From contig CANQHI010000005.1 of NCBI GenBank assembly GCA_947623725.1, positions 1-59,148 on the forward strand: a stretch of 59,148 nt of DNA, written 5' to 3'. This document shows positions 48,067-57,799 of the stretch, piece after piece (within the stretch, counting starts at the first letter, position 1; every line of letters starts with the position of its first letter). The notes beneath the pieces are model-generated. The model did not search any database. It worked only from the letters and a program-made list of their open reading frames with translations, and had not been told where the DNA came from. This DNA comes from an uncultured Clostridia bacterium (GTDB lineage: Bacteria > Bacillota > Clostridia > TANB77 > CAG-508). The translations under genes were made by a program, and so were the position numbers.

Positions 48067-48636
48067 TTATATGTCAATTATTTTTTTCGCACAGATATAT
48101 CTTAATTTATTATCTAAATCTTTTATGTATGTAAATAATTTTAAATATTGTTCATAGTTATTATTAACTTTTATAATATTTTTTAAACTAGTTTTTTCTA
48201 TTATTTTGTTTGAAATAACTTTATATACTCGTCTTTCATTATTAACAGTATAAACAATTTTTTCACCTAGTTCTATATCCTTTAAATTCGCAAAATAATT
48301 ATTCTTATGTCCATAATTGTAAGCTATTAAAGCAACATTGTTTCCCATAATATTACTTTCCTTAAAGTGACCTATATATCCGTCATCAGGTATATCTTCA
48401 TTCATCTGCTTAATATTGGCCTCAAGTTTTATACTATCTATCTGTAATGTCCATTCCTTTATATCATTAATATTAGGCTCAGATATGCTATTTTCTATAT
48501 TATTTTCTTCCGAGATTAATTCACTTGTTTCAATAGTTTTCATTGAGAAATTTATAAAAAAAATTATGATTATAAAGATTATTGAAGAAATTAATACTGA
48601 TAAAATATTTACATTGAATTTATTAAAATTAATCAT
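48067..48636 (-). CDS. Sortase-like protein lacking the canonical TLxTC cysteine
   Basis: N-terminal TM, then W.L.I..I.L.A.I, ...GH..., FANL..IELGEKIVY...YKV, and LKLFTY where sortases have LTLxTC. An Arg lies 9 residues downstream. Confidence 0.55.
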   Translation of the reverse strand: MINFNKFNVNILSVLISSIIFIIIIFFINFSMKTIETSELISEENNIENSISEPNINDIKEWTLQIDSIKLEANIKQMNEDIPDDGYIGHFKESNIMGNNVALIAYNYGHKNNYFANLKDIELGEKIVYTVNNERRVYKVISNKIIEKTSLKNIIKVNNNYEQYLKLFTYIKDLDNKLRYICAKKIIDI

Positions 48637-48703
48637 ATAAATATTTTACCAGTATTTTACAATTTTGTAAATAGATTTTATTATTTTTTATTTGAAATTA
48701 ATA

Positions 48704-49543
48704 TTAATCTATTAGCTTTTTTAATTCATTTTCCTCTATTCCAACTAATTCTGATATATAACTAATATCTTTTCCTTCTTTAATTAATTTTTTTGCTATT
48801 TCTAACTTTCCTTTTTTATAACCATATAGTTCTATTGAATGTTCATCTCTTATTGCTTTTTCTCTTAAAAATTGCAATCTCTCCATCTTCTCATCTTCAC
48901 TTAATTCTTTTACTGTTATTACACATTTTTCTATTTCTTTATTTTCTTTCATTATCTCCTTAACCTCCTTTGAGTTCGGATTATCTAGAAATAGCATCCA
49001 TTGTGCTTTCTTATTTTTCTTGTCTTTTTCATACTCTTTGAGTGCTTTCCTTAAATTTATTATATTTATTTCTATTAGCTCTGTCAATATCTTTTCACGA
49101 TTTTTCGTCTCTATTAGTTTCCACTTTGTTTCCATTTCATCTATATCTTTTAGTTCTTCTATTTCAAAATCTATTATTGCTATTAATACTGTCCTTTTTA
49201 CATTTTCATATGGCTCTCCTCTTTTAAATTGATCTGAATACAGTCTTGTTGCATAATATAATATTCTCTCTATAAAATTTCCTTTATTTAATAATTGTAC
49301 TTCTACATCTACTTTCTCTTTATTATTAATTTCCAGTTCTAAGTCTAATATTCCTAATTTATCATTCGGTCTATTTCTTATTAATTCTTTATCTTCATTT
49401 ATTTTTATACTTTCTATTTTTTCTTCTAATAGTACTTCTGCAAATGCTTTCGTTATTTCTGGATTGTTTTTACTAAATAAACTTTGAAAAACAACATCTA
49501 TCTTTGGTATTAATAAATTATTTTTTCCATTTGTCATAGGCAT
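48704..49543 (-). CDS. Rpn/YhgA-like PD-(D/E)XK nuclease family protein (putative transposase-like)
   Basis: IPKIDVVFQSLF...LGILDLELE...VDVEVQL...YYATRLY pattern. Confidence 0.7.
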   Translation of the reverse strand: MPMTNGKNNLLIPKIDVVFQSLFSKNNPEITKAFAEVLLEEKIESIKINEDKELIRNRPNDKLGILDLELEINNKEKVDVEVQLLNKGNFIERILYYATRLYSDQFKRGEPYENVKRTVLIAIIDFEIEELKDIDEMETKWKLIETKNREKILTELIEINIINLRKALKEYEKDKKNKKAQWMLFLDNPNSKEVKEIMKENKEIEKCVITVKELSEDEKMERLQFLREKAIRDEHSIELYGYKKGKLEIAKKLIKEGKDISYISELVGIEENELKKLID

Positions 49544-49753
49544 CTTTCCTTCCTGTCTTATTTTTTATATTGGGATTTTTTAAGAAATAAAATTTTTGAA
49601 AAAAATCTTAATTAAATTATAATGTCAAAATATAACAATTGTCAACAAAAATCGTGCGACATAATTTGACATTTTTTTCGCAAAAAAATTTCATATTAAA
49701 TTATTCAATTCCAATTAATTTAATATGAAAACTTTTTTATCTATAAGATTAAT

Positions 49754-51223
49754 TTATTTTATGTTTATATCACAATAAAACTCAACCCCATTTTTATAAT
49801 TATTTATACCATACTTGTTATTATATTTATTCATAATTGCCTTAACAATTGCTAAACCTATACCTGTTCCACCATCATCTCTATTTCTTGATGAATCAAC
49901 TTTATAAAATCTATTCCATATTTTTTCCTGTGCATCATCATCAATTTTATCTCCAGTATTATAAACAAATAACCTTAACTTATTTTCCTTTGTTTTTTCT
50001 GTTCTAATTTCAATTTTCTTTTCTTTATCTTTCATTTTGCAATGTTTTATTGCATTAGTCAAATAATTATTAACTATTTTTTCTATATATTCAGGATTTG
50101 CATATACTTTAATTTTCTTATTTCGTTCATAATCAATTTCTATATTATTTTCCTTTATAACTTTAGTTTCTCTCTTTATCTCTTCTTTAATTATTTCATT
50201 CAAATCAAATTCTTCATCTTTTATTTGTAATTCACCTTGCTCTAATTTCATAAGCTCAAGCAATTCTTTTACCATCTTATCCATTTTATTTGATTCATCA
50301 ATTATTACTTCAGCATAAAACTTTCTTGATTCATCATCTGTATTTACATTTTCTGCTAAGCCTTCTGCATATCCTTGAATTAAAGCTATTGGCGTTTTTA
50401 GTTCATGTGACACATCAGATATAAATTGCTTTCTCATATCATCTATCTTTGATTTTTCTTCAATATCTTTTTCTAGTTGATTATTATTTTTTCTTAATTG
50501 ACCAATTGTAGATTCTAGCTTTTCTGACATTATATTTATATTTCTTCCTAATGTATCAATCTCATCATCATTTATTCCATTTTCTTCGAATTTTTCACTA
50601 AAATCTAATTTCGACATTTTCTTAGTTATGTCATTTAATTTTACAATTCTTTGCGTAACTTTTTTAGAAATAATCGATGCAACAATTCCAGATACTACAG
50701 CCATAAATATTCCTATGATTATAAGCGCTTCACTCGAAATCTTAACTGATTCTTCGATTGGTATAATAGGAATTCTAATATATAATTTATAGCCATTATC
50801 TAAATTAGATATTAACATCATGAATTTATCATTTCTCTCATTGCTCTGTTTTATTATTGTATTTTTATCAGAATATATAGTTTTGGCATTTTTATCAATT
50901 GATATTCTCGAAACATAGTTTATAATTGCTTTATTTTCGCAATATACTATTTCATCATAATTATCTCTTATTAATATCTCCATGTCATTTTTAGTTTCTA
51001 ATTGCCTTAATTCTGAATTAATATTATATTGAATTACACTATTATAATATCTATTTAATTCATCATTAATTTTTTTAGCTTCTTTTGCTTTAGAATATGT
51101 ATAAAATGTTTTTAAAACAATATTGTTTACTATGACTATTACAAAAATTATAAGCATTGTTGAGATTAATAATATTGCAAAAAGTCTAAATCTTATAGAT
51201 TTTAATTTCTCTTCAAAATTCAT
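49754..51223 (-). CDS. Sensor histidine kinase
   Basis: Two TM segments, a HAMP-like region, H-box SHELKTPIALIQGY, and N/G boxes (NAIKH, GGTGIGLAIV). Confidence 0.88.
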   Translation of the reverse strand: MNFEEKLKSIRFRLFAILLISTMLIIFVIVIVNNIVLKTFYTYSKAKEAKKINDELNRYYNSVIQYNINSELRQLETKNDMEILIRDNYDEIVYCENKAIINYVSRISIDKNAKTIYSDKNTIIKQSNERNDKFMMLISNLDNGYKLYIRIPIIPIEESVKISSEALIIIGIFMAVVSGIVASIISKKVTQRIVKLNDITKKMSKLDFSEKFEENGINDDEIDTLGRNINIMSEKLESTIGQLRKNNNQLEKDIEEKSKIDDMRKQFISDVSHELKTPIALIQGYAEGLAENVNTDDESRKFYAEVIIDESNKMDKMVKELLELMKLEQGELQIKDEEFDLNEIIKEEIKRETKVIKENNIEIDYERNKKIKVYANPEYIEKIVNNYLTNAIKHCKMKDKEKKIEIRTEKTKENKLRLFVYNTGDKIDDDAQEKIWNRFYKVDSSRNRDDGGTGIGLAIVKAIMNKYNNKYGINNYKNGVEFYCDINIK

Positions 51224-51231
51224 TTTTCCCT

Positions 51232-51909
51232 CTATTTTACTTCAAATTTATATCCTATTCCCCTCATTGTTTTAATATACTTTCCTTTTTTTCCTAATTT
51301 ATGTCTAATCTTTTTTATATGACTATCGATTGTCCTTGAATCTCCATAATAGTCATAATTCCATACATTATTTAAAATTTTATCTCGAGATAAAGCCACA
51401 TTTTCATTGTCTAATAAATATTTTAAAAGTTCATATTCTCTTAAACTTAATTCTACATTTTTACCATCTATTGAAACATTTCTTCCATCTAAATCTATTT
51501 TTATTCCACCATAATCTTTTACTTCATTTTTTTCTGGCTTAGCTCTATTTAAAATAGCTTTGATTCTAGCAACTAATACTTTTGGGCTAAATGGTTTTGT
51601 AATATATTCATCAACTCCAAGTTCAAATCCAAATAATTCATCTTGCTCTTCTGCTCTTGCTGTTAGCATAATTACTGGAATTTTTGAAGTCTGTCTTATT
51701 TGTCTTAAAACAGACCACCCATCAAGCTTTGGCATCATAACATCTAACAAAATTAAGTTTATTTCTTTATTATTTTCTTCATAAATTTTTAATGCTTTTT
51801 CGCCATCTTCTGCCTCTAAAGTTTTATATCCTTCTTTGGTCAAGAAATCTTTTACTAATTTTCTAATTCTTGCCTCATCGTCCACTATTAATATTGTTAT
51901 ATCTTCCAT
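51232..51909 (-). CDS. OmpR/PhoB-family response regulator
   Basis: Receiver domain (ILIVDDE...LLDVMMPKLDG) and a winged-helix C-terminus (LSLREYELLKYL...RGIGYKF). Confidence 0.9.
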   Translation of the reverse strand: MEDITILIVDDEARIRKLVKDFLTKEGYKTLEAEDGEKALKIYEENNKEINLILLDVMMPKLDGWSVLRQIRQTSKIPVIMLTARAEEQDELFGFELGVDEYITKPFSPKVLVARIKAILNRAKPEKNEVKDYGGIKIDLDGRNVSIDGKNVELSLREYELLKYLLDNENVALSRDKILNNVWNYDYYGDSRTIDSHIKKIRHKLGKKGKYIKTMRGIGYKFEVK

Positions 51910-51984
51910 TTTTATAATCCTTTCTAAGATCTCATTAAAAGATTTAACTTAAATTTTATCAGATAAATATGTTTATTCTGTGAA

Positions 51985-53094
51985 TTATTTGAGTATTTTT
52001 GCTGGTTTTGTTTTTGTAGTAGATTTTTTTCCTTTATCACTATCTTTTAAATAAATATTTCTTCCCGGATATGCAAGCTGAACACCTTGACTTTCTAGAA
52101 TATTTAAAATTGTCAAATTTATTTTATTGTAAAAATCTCTGTATTCAGAATATTTAGTAACAGTTGTCTCTAGATAAATTTCAATATTTAGTGCATCTTC
52201 TTCTATTTTTCCTAATTGCACACTTATAGATTCTGCTATTATATCCTCATTATATTTTAAAATAAATCTAATTCTATTTAAAACCTTTTCTACAGTACTT
52301 TCATCTGTTTCTAATGCAAGCTTAATATTAGCTCTAAAAACTCTTTTCTTAATTTTTTGCCAATTTATCACATTAGAACTTGTTACCAAATCATTAGGAA
52401 CTACAACAATTGTATCTTCAATTGTTCTAATTCTAGTACTTTTTATTGTAATATCTTCTACATTTCCAGAAATTTCTCCTATTTCAACCCAATCACCTAT
52501 TTCAAATGGTTTATCAGTAAAAATAGCTAATCCAGAAATTATCTGCTTTATAAAATCCTGTGCAGCTAAAGCTACAACCGCTCCAGTTAATCCAAGTCCA
52601 GTTGCAAGTCCACTAATGTCATAGCCAAACTCTTTAAGTGTTATATATAATGCAATAATATACAAAATAATTCTAACCACTTTACTTACAACTGTAGTAA
52701 AAAGTGTGTTGTTAACATGTGCTGCTTTATTTATCTTTTCTATGAGAAGTTGTCTTTCTTCAAATACACTTGATATTAATCTCGCAAGTGTCCATATCAC
52801 AATTACAAAAAAACATTTATCTACAAATTCATCTTGAAATTGTTGTAATTCAATCACTTTGCTTGCTATATATACACCTAATACTTTCAAAAATGTTTTT
52901 AATGTTTTGTAAATATTACTCTTTTTTATCTCTTCTTTTTCATATTTTCTAAAAAATAGTTTTACTATTCCATAAGAAATTATTGAGCTAACTAAACAAA
53001 AAGCTATTATTATTGCTAAAGCTATTAGCCAATTTATAACTTGTGACATTTCAATACTTTTTATAAAATCAAAAAACTCATTTAATTTGTCCAT
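51985..53094 (-). CDS. Mechanosensitive ion channel (MscS family)
   Basis: TM segments followed by PFEIGDWVEIG...G.VEDITIKSTRIRT. Confidence 0.85.
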   Translation of the reverse strand: MDKLNEFFDFIKSIEMSQVINWLIALAIIIAFCLVSSIISYGIVKLFFRKYEKEEIKKSNIYKTLKTFLKVLGVYIASKVIELQQFQDEFVDKCFFVIVIWTLARLISSVFEERQLLIEKINKAAHVNNTLFTTVVSKVVRIILYIIALYITLKEFGYDISGLATGLGLTGAVVALAAQDFIKQIISGLAIFTDKPFEIGDWVEIGEISGNVEDITIKSTRIRTIEDTIVVVPNDLVTSSNVINWQKIKKRVFRANIKLALETDESTVEKVLNRIRFILKYNEDIIAESISVQLGKIEEDALNIEIYLETTVTKYSEYRDFYNKINLTILNILESQGVQLAYPGRNIYLKDSDKGKKSTTKTKPAKILK

Positions 53095-53287
53095 AAAATT
53101 CCTCTTAATAAAAATAAAACTATTTAATTTATACCATTTTTTTCAGGAAAATACAAGTATTTTTGTTCTATTAGCCAAATATTTTTTCCATATTTTAACT
53201 TTTAAATTTTAAATTTATTATGTTAAAATTTCAAATTGCAAAAGAGCCAAATTTATAAATTTTAAAACAAAAAAATAAAAATATAAA

Positions 53288-53354
53288 GCTTTGCAGTGGT
53301 GTGCAGCAACCAAGCGTAAGCGCGAATGGAGCACTGAAATGAAATTTCAATTTC
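53288..53354 (+). repeat. Partial second copy of the GC-rich element core
   Basis: AAGCGTAAGCGCGAATGGAGC followed by a hairpin. It matches the minus-strand core GGGCGAAGCCCGCGAATGGAGC plus hairpin of element 14727-14854. Confidence 0.6.
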
Positions 53355-53545
53355 TATAAAATTTTAACTTATTATAATTACTATTTTAATGTTGTAACAA
53401 ATAAAAAAATATGATAATATAAAAAAAACTAATGAAAAATTTTTAGAATTAATTTCTATATTATTTTTCTTAATTTGTATTCAATTACAAAATAAGAAAG
53501 GAGAAGTCGTATAATAACTTATTTGCATTATACGAGGAATAACTT

Positions 53546-55012
53546 ATGAAAAGCAATAATAAAACAATGATACAATATTTTGAATGGTACCTTCCTAACA
53601 ATTGCAATTTATGGCAAAAACTAATAAAAAAGGCTCCAGAACTTAAAAAGTTAGGCATCACCTCTATATGGCTTCCACCAGCTTGTAAATGTGCTGGAGG
53701 AATAAATGATACTGGTTATGGTGTATATGATTTATATGATTTAGGAGAATTCAATCAAAAAGGAACTGTTAGAACAAAATATGGAACTAAAGATGAATAT
53801 ATTGCAGCAATTAGAGCTCTTCAATTAGAGGGAATTCAAGTTCTAGCTGATATTGTTTTAAATCATAGAATGGGTGCTGATGAAAAACAAGATATTATAT
53901 CATATAAAATAAATCCAGATAATCGAAACGAGGTAATTGGAGATTTAAGACATATATCTGCTTGGACTAAATATAACTTTGAAGGCAGACACAATAAGTA
54001 TTCTGATTTTAAACTTGATTGGTCACATTTTACCTCTATTGATTATGATGATAATGCAAAAGAAACTGGGATTTTTAGATTTTATGGAAAACATTTTAGT
54101 GATGAAGTTGATAAAGAACTTGGCAATTATGATTATTTAATGGGCTGTGATGTTGACTTCAATAATTTAGATACAGTTGATGATCTTAATTCTTGGGGCA
54201 AATGGTTTTTGACTCAAACAAATGTTGATGGTTTTAGATTAGATGCTGTAAAGCATATTCGTTCATCATTTTATAAAAGATGGCTTTCTCGATTAAAAAA
54301 TACTTTTAATAAAGATTTATTTACAGTTGGAGAATATTTTAGTACAAATGTTGACGCATTAATTAATTACTTAGACTATAATGACCAAGTAGATTCACTT
54401 TTTGATGTTCCATTACATGATCATTTTAAAATAGCTTCTGAAAGTTCTGGTTATTATGATATGCGACAAATTTTTGAAGATACTTTAGTTGATAGAAGAC
54501 CTTCTAAAACAGTTACTTTCGTTGATAATCATGATACAGAGCCCGGACAGTCTCTTGAATCATGGATAAAAGATTGGTTTAGACCTCTTGCATACAGCAT
54601 GATAATGCTTAGAGAAAAAGGAATTCCTTGCATTTTCTATGGTGATTATTATGGTGTTCCTGATAAAAATATTCCTTCAATGAAAGAATTTTTAGATATT
54701 CTTTTACTTGCTAGAAAAAATTTAGCTTATGGAAAGCAACGAGATTATATAGATGATCCTAATATTATTGGATGGACTCGTGAAGGAGATTACTATCACC
54801 AAGACTCTGGTTTAGCAGTAATTCTAAGTGACGGTGAAGGTGGTTGTAAACAAATGAATGTTGGAAAAAATCTTGCAAATACAATTTTATATGATTGTAC
54901 TGGTAACATAAAAGAAACCGTATATGTTGATGAAGAAGGAAATGGCATTTTCTATGTAAATGGTGGAAGCGTTTCTGTTTGGATAAAAAAAGATAATATG
55001 TATAATCTATAA
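53546..55012 (+). CDS. Alpha-amylase (GH13), apparently cytoplasmic
   Basis: MIQYFEWYLP..., DIVLNHR, GFRLDAVKHI, VGEYF and FVDNHD conserved regions. No signal peptide. Confidence 0.9.
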   Translation: MKSNNKTMIQYFEWYLPNNCNLWQKLIKKAPELKKLGITSIWLPPACKCAGGINDTGYGVYDLYDLGEFNQKGTVRTKYGTKDEYIAAIRALQLEGIQVLADIVLNHRMGADEKQDIISYKINPDNRNEVIGDLRHISAWTKYNFEGRHNKYSDFKLDWSHFTSIDYDDNAKETGIFRFYGKHFSDEVDKELGNYDYLMGCDVDFNNLDTVDDLNSWGKWFLTQTNVDGFRLDAVKHIRSSFYKRWLSRLKNTFNKDLFTVGEYFSTNVDALINYLDYNDQVDSLFDVPLHDHFKIASESSGYYDMRQIFEDTLVDRRPSKTVTFVDNHDTEPGQSLESWIKDWFRPLAYSMIMLREKGIPCIFYGDYYGVPDKNIPSMKEFLDILLLARKNLAYGKQRDYIDDPNIIGWTREGDYYHQDSGLAVILSDGEGGCKQMNVGKNLANTILYDCTGNIKETVYVDEEGNGIFYVNGGSVSVWIKKDNMYNL

Positions 55013-55060
55013 TCATATTTTTACAGTTAAAAAGCTAAAATGAAAGTAAACACGGTTAGA

Positions 55061-55102
55061 AAATAAATGTAAACACACAAAAATGTTTACATTTATTTTT
55101 TT
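55061..55102 (+). terminator. Terminator after the amylase gene
   Basis: AAATAAATGTAAACA-loop-TGTTTACATTTATTT followed by a T-run. Confidence 0.7.
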
Positions 55103-55197
55103 GCACATAATTTTCGAAAATATTTTTATTTGTTTGCGAAATGTCGCAAATATTTAAAACTCTCTTTTGGTATAATTTTGACGGAAAGAGGTGTAAA

Positions 55198-55440
55198 ATG
55201 GAATTATGTTATGCTATACAAAATAGAATAATAGATTTATGTGATGAACAAGACATATCACTAAATAAATTAGCAACGAAATCCGGACTTCCTTTTTCAA
55301 CAATTTTTAGTATATTTTACGGAAAAAGTAAAAGCCCTAGACTTTCTACGATATTACATATATGTGAAGGTTTTAGCATTGACTTATCCGAATTTTTCAA
55401 TGATCCGATATTTGATGATGTTGAATATGAAGATGAATAA
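55198..55440 (+). CDS. XRE-family helix-turn-helix protein
   Basis: IIDLCDEQDISLNKLATKSGLPFSTI is an HTH. ATG follows AAAGAGGTGTAAA. Confidence 0.7.
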   Translation: MELCYAIQNRIIDLCDEQDISLNKLATKSGLPFSTIFSIFYGKSKSPRLSTILHICEGFSIDLSEFFNDPIFDDVEYEDE

Positions 55441-55474
55441 AAAACTCTACCTAAAAATAGTAGATAGAGTTTTT

Positions 55475-56176
55475 TTATTGCAAAACATTCAGTGTGTCAC
55501 TTTCATTAATTCCATTTAAATTATAATACGTATCTGGTATATTACCAACTATGACTGCTTCTGCTAATAACACCTGTGTTTGAACATCTTCATCAATATC
55601 TTTATATGGAGAAAGCATTGTAATATGACAAGTTATATCTATATAAATTCTATGAAGCGTTTGATTAATACCTGCATCTGAAAATTCTGATTTTATATTT
55701 GTTTCTATGTTTCCTTCTGTAACCAAAATCAATCTAATTTTAGGTCCTTTTCCAATAAAAAATTTATTACCTGTAATTGTACCTAAGCTTATATCAAAAT
55801 TAGAATTTCCTTGTTTACTTAATTCTTCTTGTACCTGAAGAGCAATACTTGAGCAAAGTTGATTTATCGTTATTACATCTAATTTTATTAATTTTACATT
55901 TCCCTCTTCATCTTTTTCTACAGAACATAAATCTTGATAGGATATTCCTTCTGTTTTTTCTTTTGTTGCATTGTTAGAAATTGTAGCTGCTGCCGACCTA
56001 GCTAGAACTCTTGATTGCCTTTCTATAAATGGAGTAATTCCATCTATTATTTTTACTGCTGAAAAGTATGCAATGATTATAACTATCATTAAAATTATCA
56101 AGAATTTTTTATGTCTATCTATTTTTTTCGTACTAACTATTCTCGGTATTCGAAATCTTGAATAAATTTTATCCAT
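55475..56176 (-). CDS. yunB: Sporulation protein YunB
   Basis: N-terminal TM, then ...GTITGNKFFIGKGPKIRL...IETNIKSEFSDAGINQTLHRIYI... Confidence 0.8.
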   Translation of the reverse strand: MDKIYSRFRIPRIVSTKKIDRHKKFLIILMIVIIIAYFSAVKIIDGITPFIERQSRVLARSAAATISNNATKEKTEGISYQDLCSVEKDEEGNVKLIKLDVITINQLCSSIALQVQEELSKQGNSNFDISLGTITGNKFFIGKGPKIRLILVTEGNIETNIKSEFSDAGINQTLHRIYIDITCHITMLSPYKDIDEDVQTQVLLAEAVIVGNIPDTYYNLNGINESDTLNVLQ

Positions 56177-56177
56177 C

Positions 56178-57704
56178 TTACCCCATATATTTTTCTATAA
56201 ACAATTGTTGGCCTGGCATTATTTGGTCACTTTTCAACTCATTTGTATCAATTATACTTTGGACTGTACTATTAAACTCTTTAGCAATTTTCCACAAACT
56301 ATCATTTTTTCTTACTTGATATATAACCATATTGTAGTCGTCTTGATTTTGATTTTCTATCTCTTGTATATCATTAATTAATCTTAATTGTACATCATTT
56401 GAAGATATTATATTAAAGTTAATGTCTAATTTAATATTAATTTCGCCTCCCGGCAATATATTAAAATCTTGCAAACTTACATCTGTTTTTAATTTTATAT
56501 TTGCATCTCTATTTAAACCATTGCAACTGATTTTATTTTCAAAAGGAATACTTAAATTTTTCGTCTGAATTCCTGTATTTCCATTTGCTGAACAAATAAA
56601 CATTAAATTAATATTTCCACTAACCCAAACTTCATTATCATTTACTTTTATTTCTTCAACAAGAACATTAACATCTACATCATGAACTTTTTCATCTGCT
56701 ATACTTAATAGTTCTTTTTGATTTACATTTAAAGTTCCATTAAACATTGATTTATTCTGTATCATCTGTATATTATTTTGTTTAAAACTTAAATTCGTGC
56801 TAGGACTATATAAATCCTCAATAACATTAATTTCTTTATTATTATATGCAGTCGCATTTATACCAATTTCCACTTCTACATATATTGAATGTTCTGTTGC
56901 ACTATTAGGCTTTATTACCATATTTTTTATTTCAAAATCATATTCACAAGGATCATTTTCATTAATGTCTTGCATATCAATAAATCCTATAATAGGAAAT
57001 TTTGCATTAGCTGTATTAATTCTTCCATCTTCTGTTAAATATAATATTTTCAAACGCAAATCCGCTTTAGCTAAGATTTTATTATAACTAATTTTTATAT
57101 TCCTATTTCCTATATCACTGTTTACCTTTAAAATTTCTGCTAAATTATCATTCGCATCGATTTTTATAGTTTCTTTTACTGTTGACCTAGTTTGACCAAT
57201 TCCTAAAATAGTGTTAACTTGAATTGTCTTTTCTAATTTCTGTATATCTTTTAAATCAACATTATTAACATATTCAACATCATTACTTGCTAATACTTGT
57301 ATATCAAAATTTAGCATTGCTTTTAAATTTATTTTTCTCTCATTTATAATTCTGCTCTCTATTGAAAGTAATTTAACATCTATATTTACATTCATATCAG
57401 ATGTGATATCTTCTATATTAAAACTTTGTGAAAAATCTAAAACATGGTTTATACTTCTTACTCCTTTAGTCTTTCCATCATCTCCAATGTACATAACATA
57501 TACATTTACTGCACCATCAATTCTAATTTTTCCATCCATTACTTCTTTTTTATAAACATTTACTATTCCGCTTGTTCCAATAAGTTCTAGTATGTCCGGT
57601 TTTATGTCAGGGACAATGCTATCTCCTTCAATTGTTATTGATTCATTTTGATTTGAAATAACTTGATTGACAGCTAGTTTATTTTTTTCTAACTTTATAG
57701 CCAT
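56178..57704 (-). CDS. DUF3794-domain plus C-terminal LysM protein (SipL-like spore-coat morphogenetic protein)
   Basis: N-terminal SIVPDIKPDILELI... (DUF3794-type). C-terminal YQVRKNDSLWKIAKEFNSTVQSIIDTN is a LysM domain. Confidence 0.7.
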   Translation of the reverse strand: MAIKLEKNKLAVNQVISNQNESITIEGDSIVPDIKPDILELIGTSGIVNVYKKEVMDGKIRIDGAVNVYVMYIGDDGKTKGVRSINHVLDFSQSFNIEDITSDMNVNIDVKLLSIESRIINERKINLKAMLNFDIQVLASNDVEYVNNVDLKDIQKLEKTIQVNTILGIGQTRSTVKETIKIDANDNLAEILKVNSDIGNRNIKISYNKILAKADLRLKILYLTEDGRINTANAKFPIIGFIDMQDINENDPCEYDFEIKNMVIKPNSATEHSIYVEVEIGINATAYNNKEINVIEDLYSPSTNLSFKQNNIQMIQNKSMFNGTLNVNQKELLSIADEKVHDVDVNVLVEEIKVNDNEVWVSGNINLMFICSANGNTGIQTKNLSIPFENKISCNGLNRDANIKLKTDVSLQDFNILPGGEINIKLDINFNIISSNDVQLRLINDIQEIENQNQDDYNMVIYQVRKNDSLWKIAKEFNSTVQSIIDTNELKSDQIMPGQQLFIEKYMG

Positions 57705-57799
57705 AGCTTACCTCCTTAATATTTACTTAAATATATGCGAGGTAAATTAAAATATGATTGAATTATTATATATTTCTATTTTTTATAATTTGGTAAAAT

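Noticed and set aside
48704-49543. The Rpn/YhgA-like nuclease as the recombinase that flips the switches.
   Set aside because: PD-(D/E)XK Rpn proteins are not known site-specific invertases, and the gene is not linked to any of the four loci. No tyrosine or serine recombinase ORF is visible in the window, so the enzyme, if any, is encoded elsewhere.
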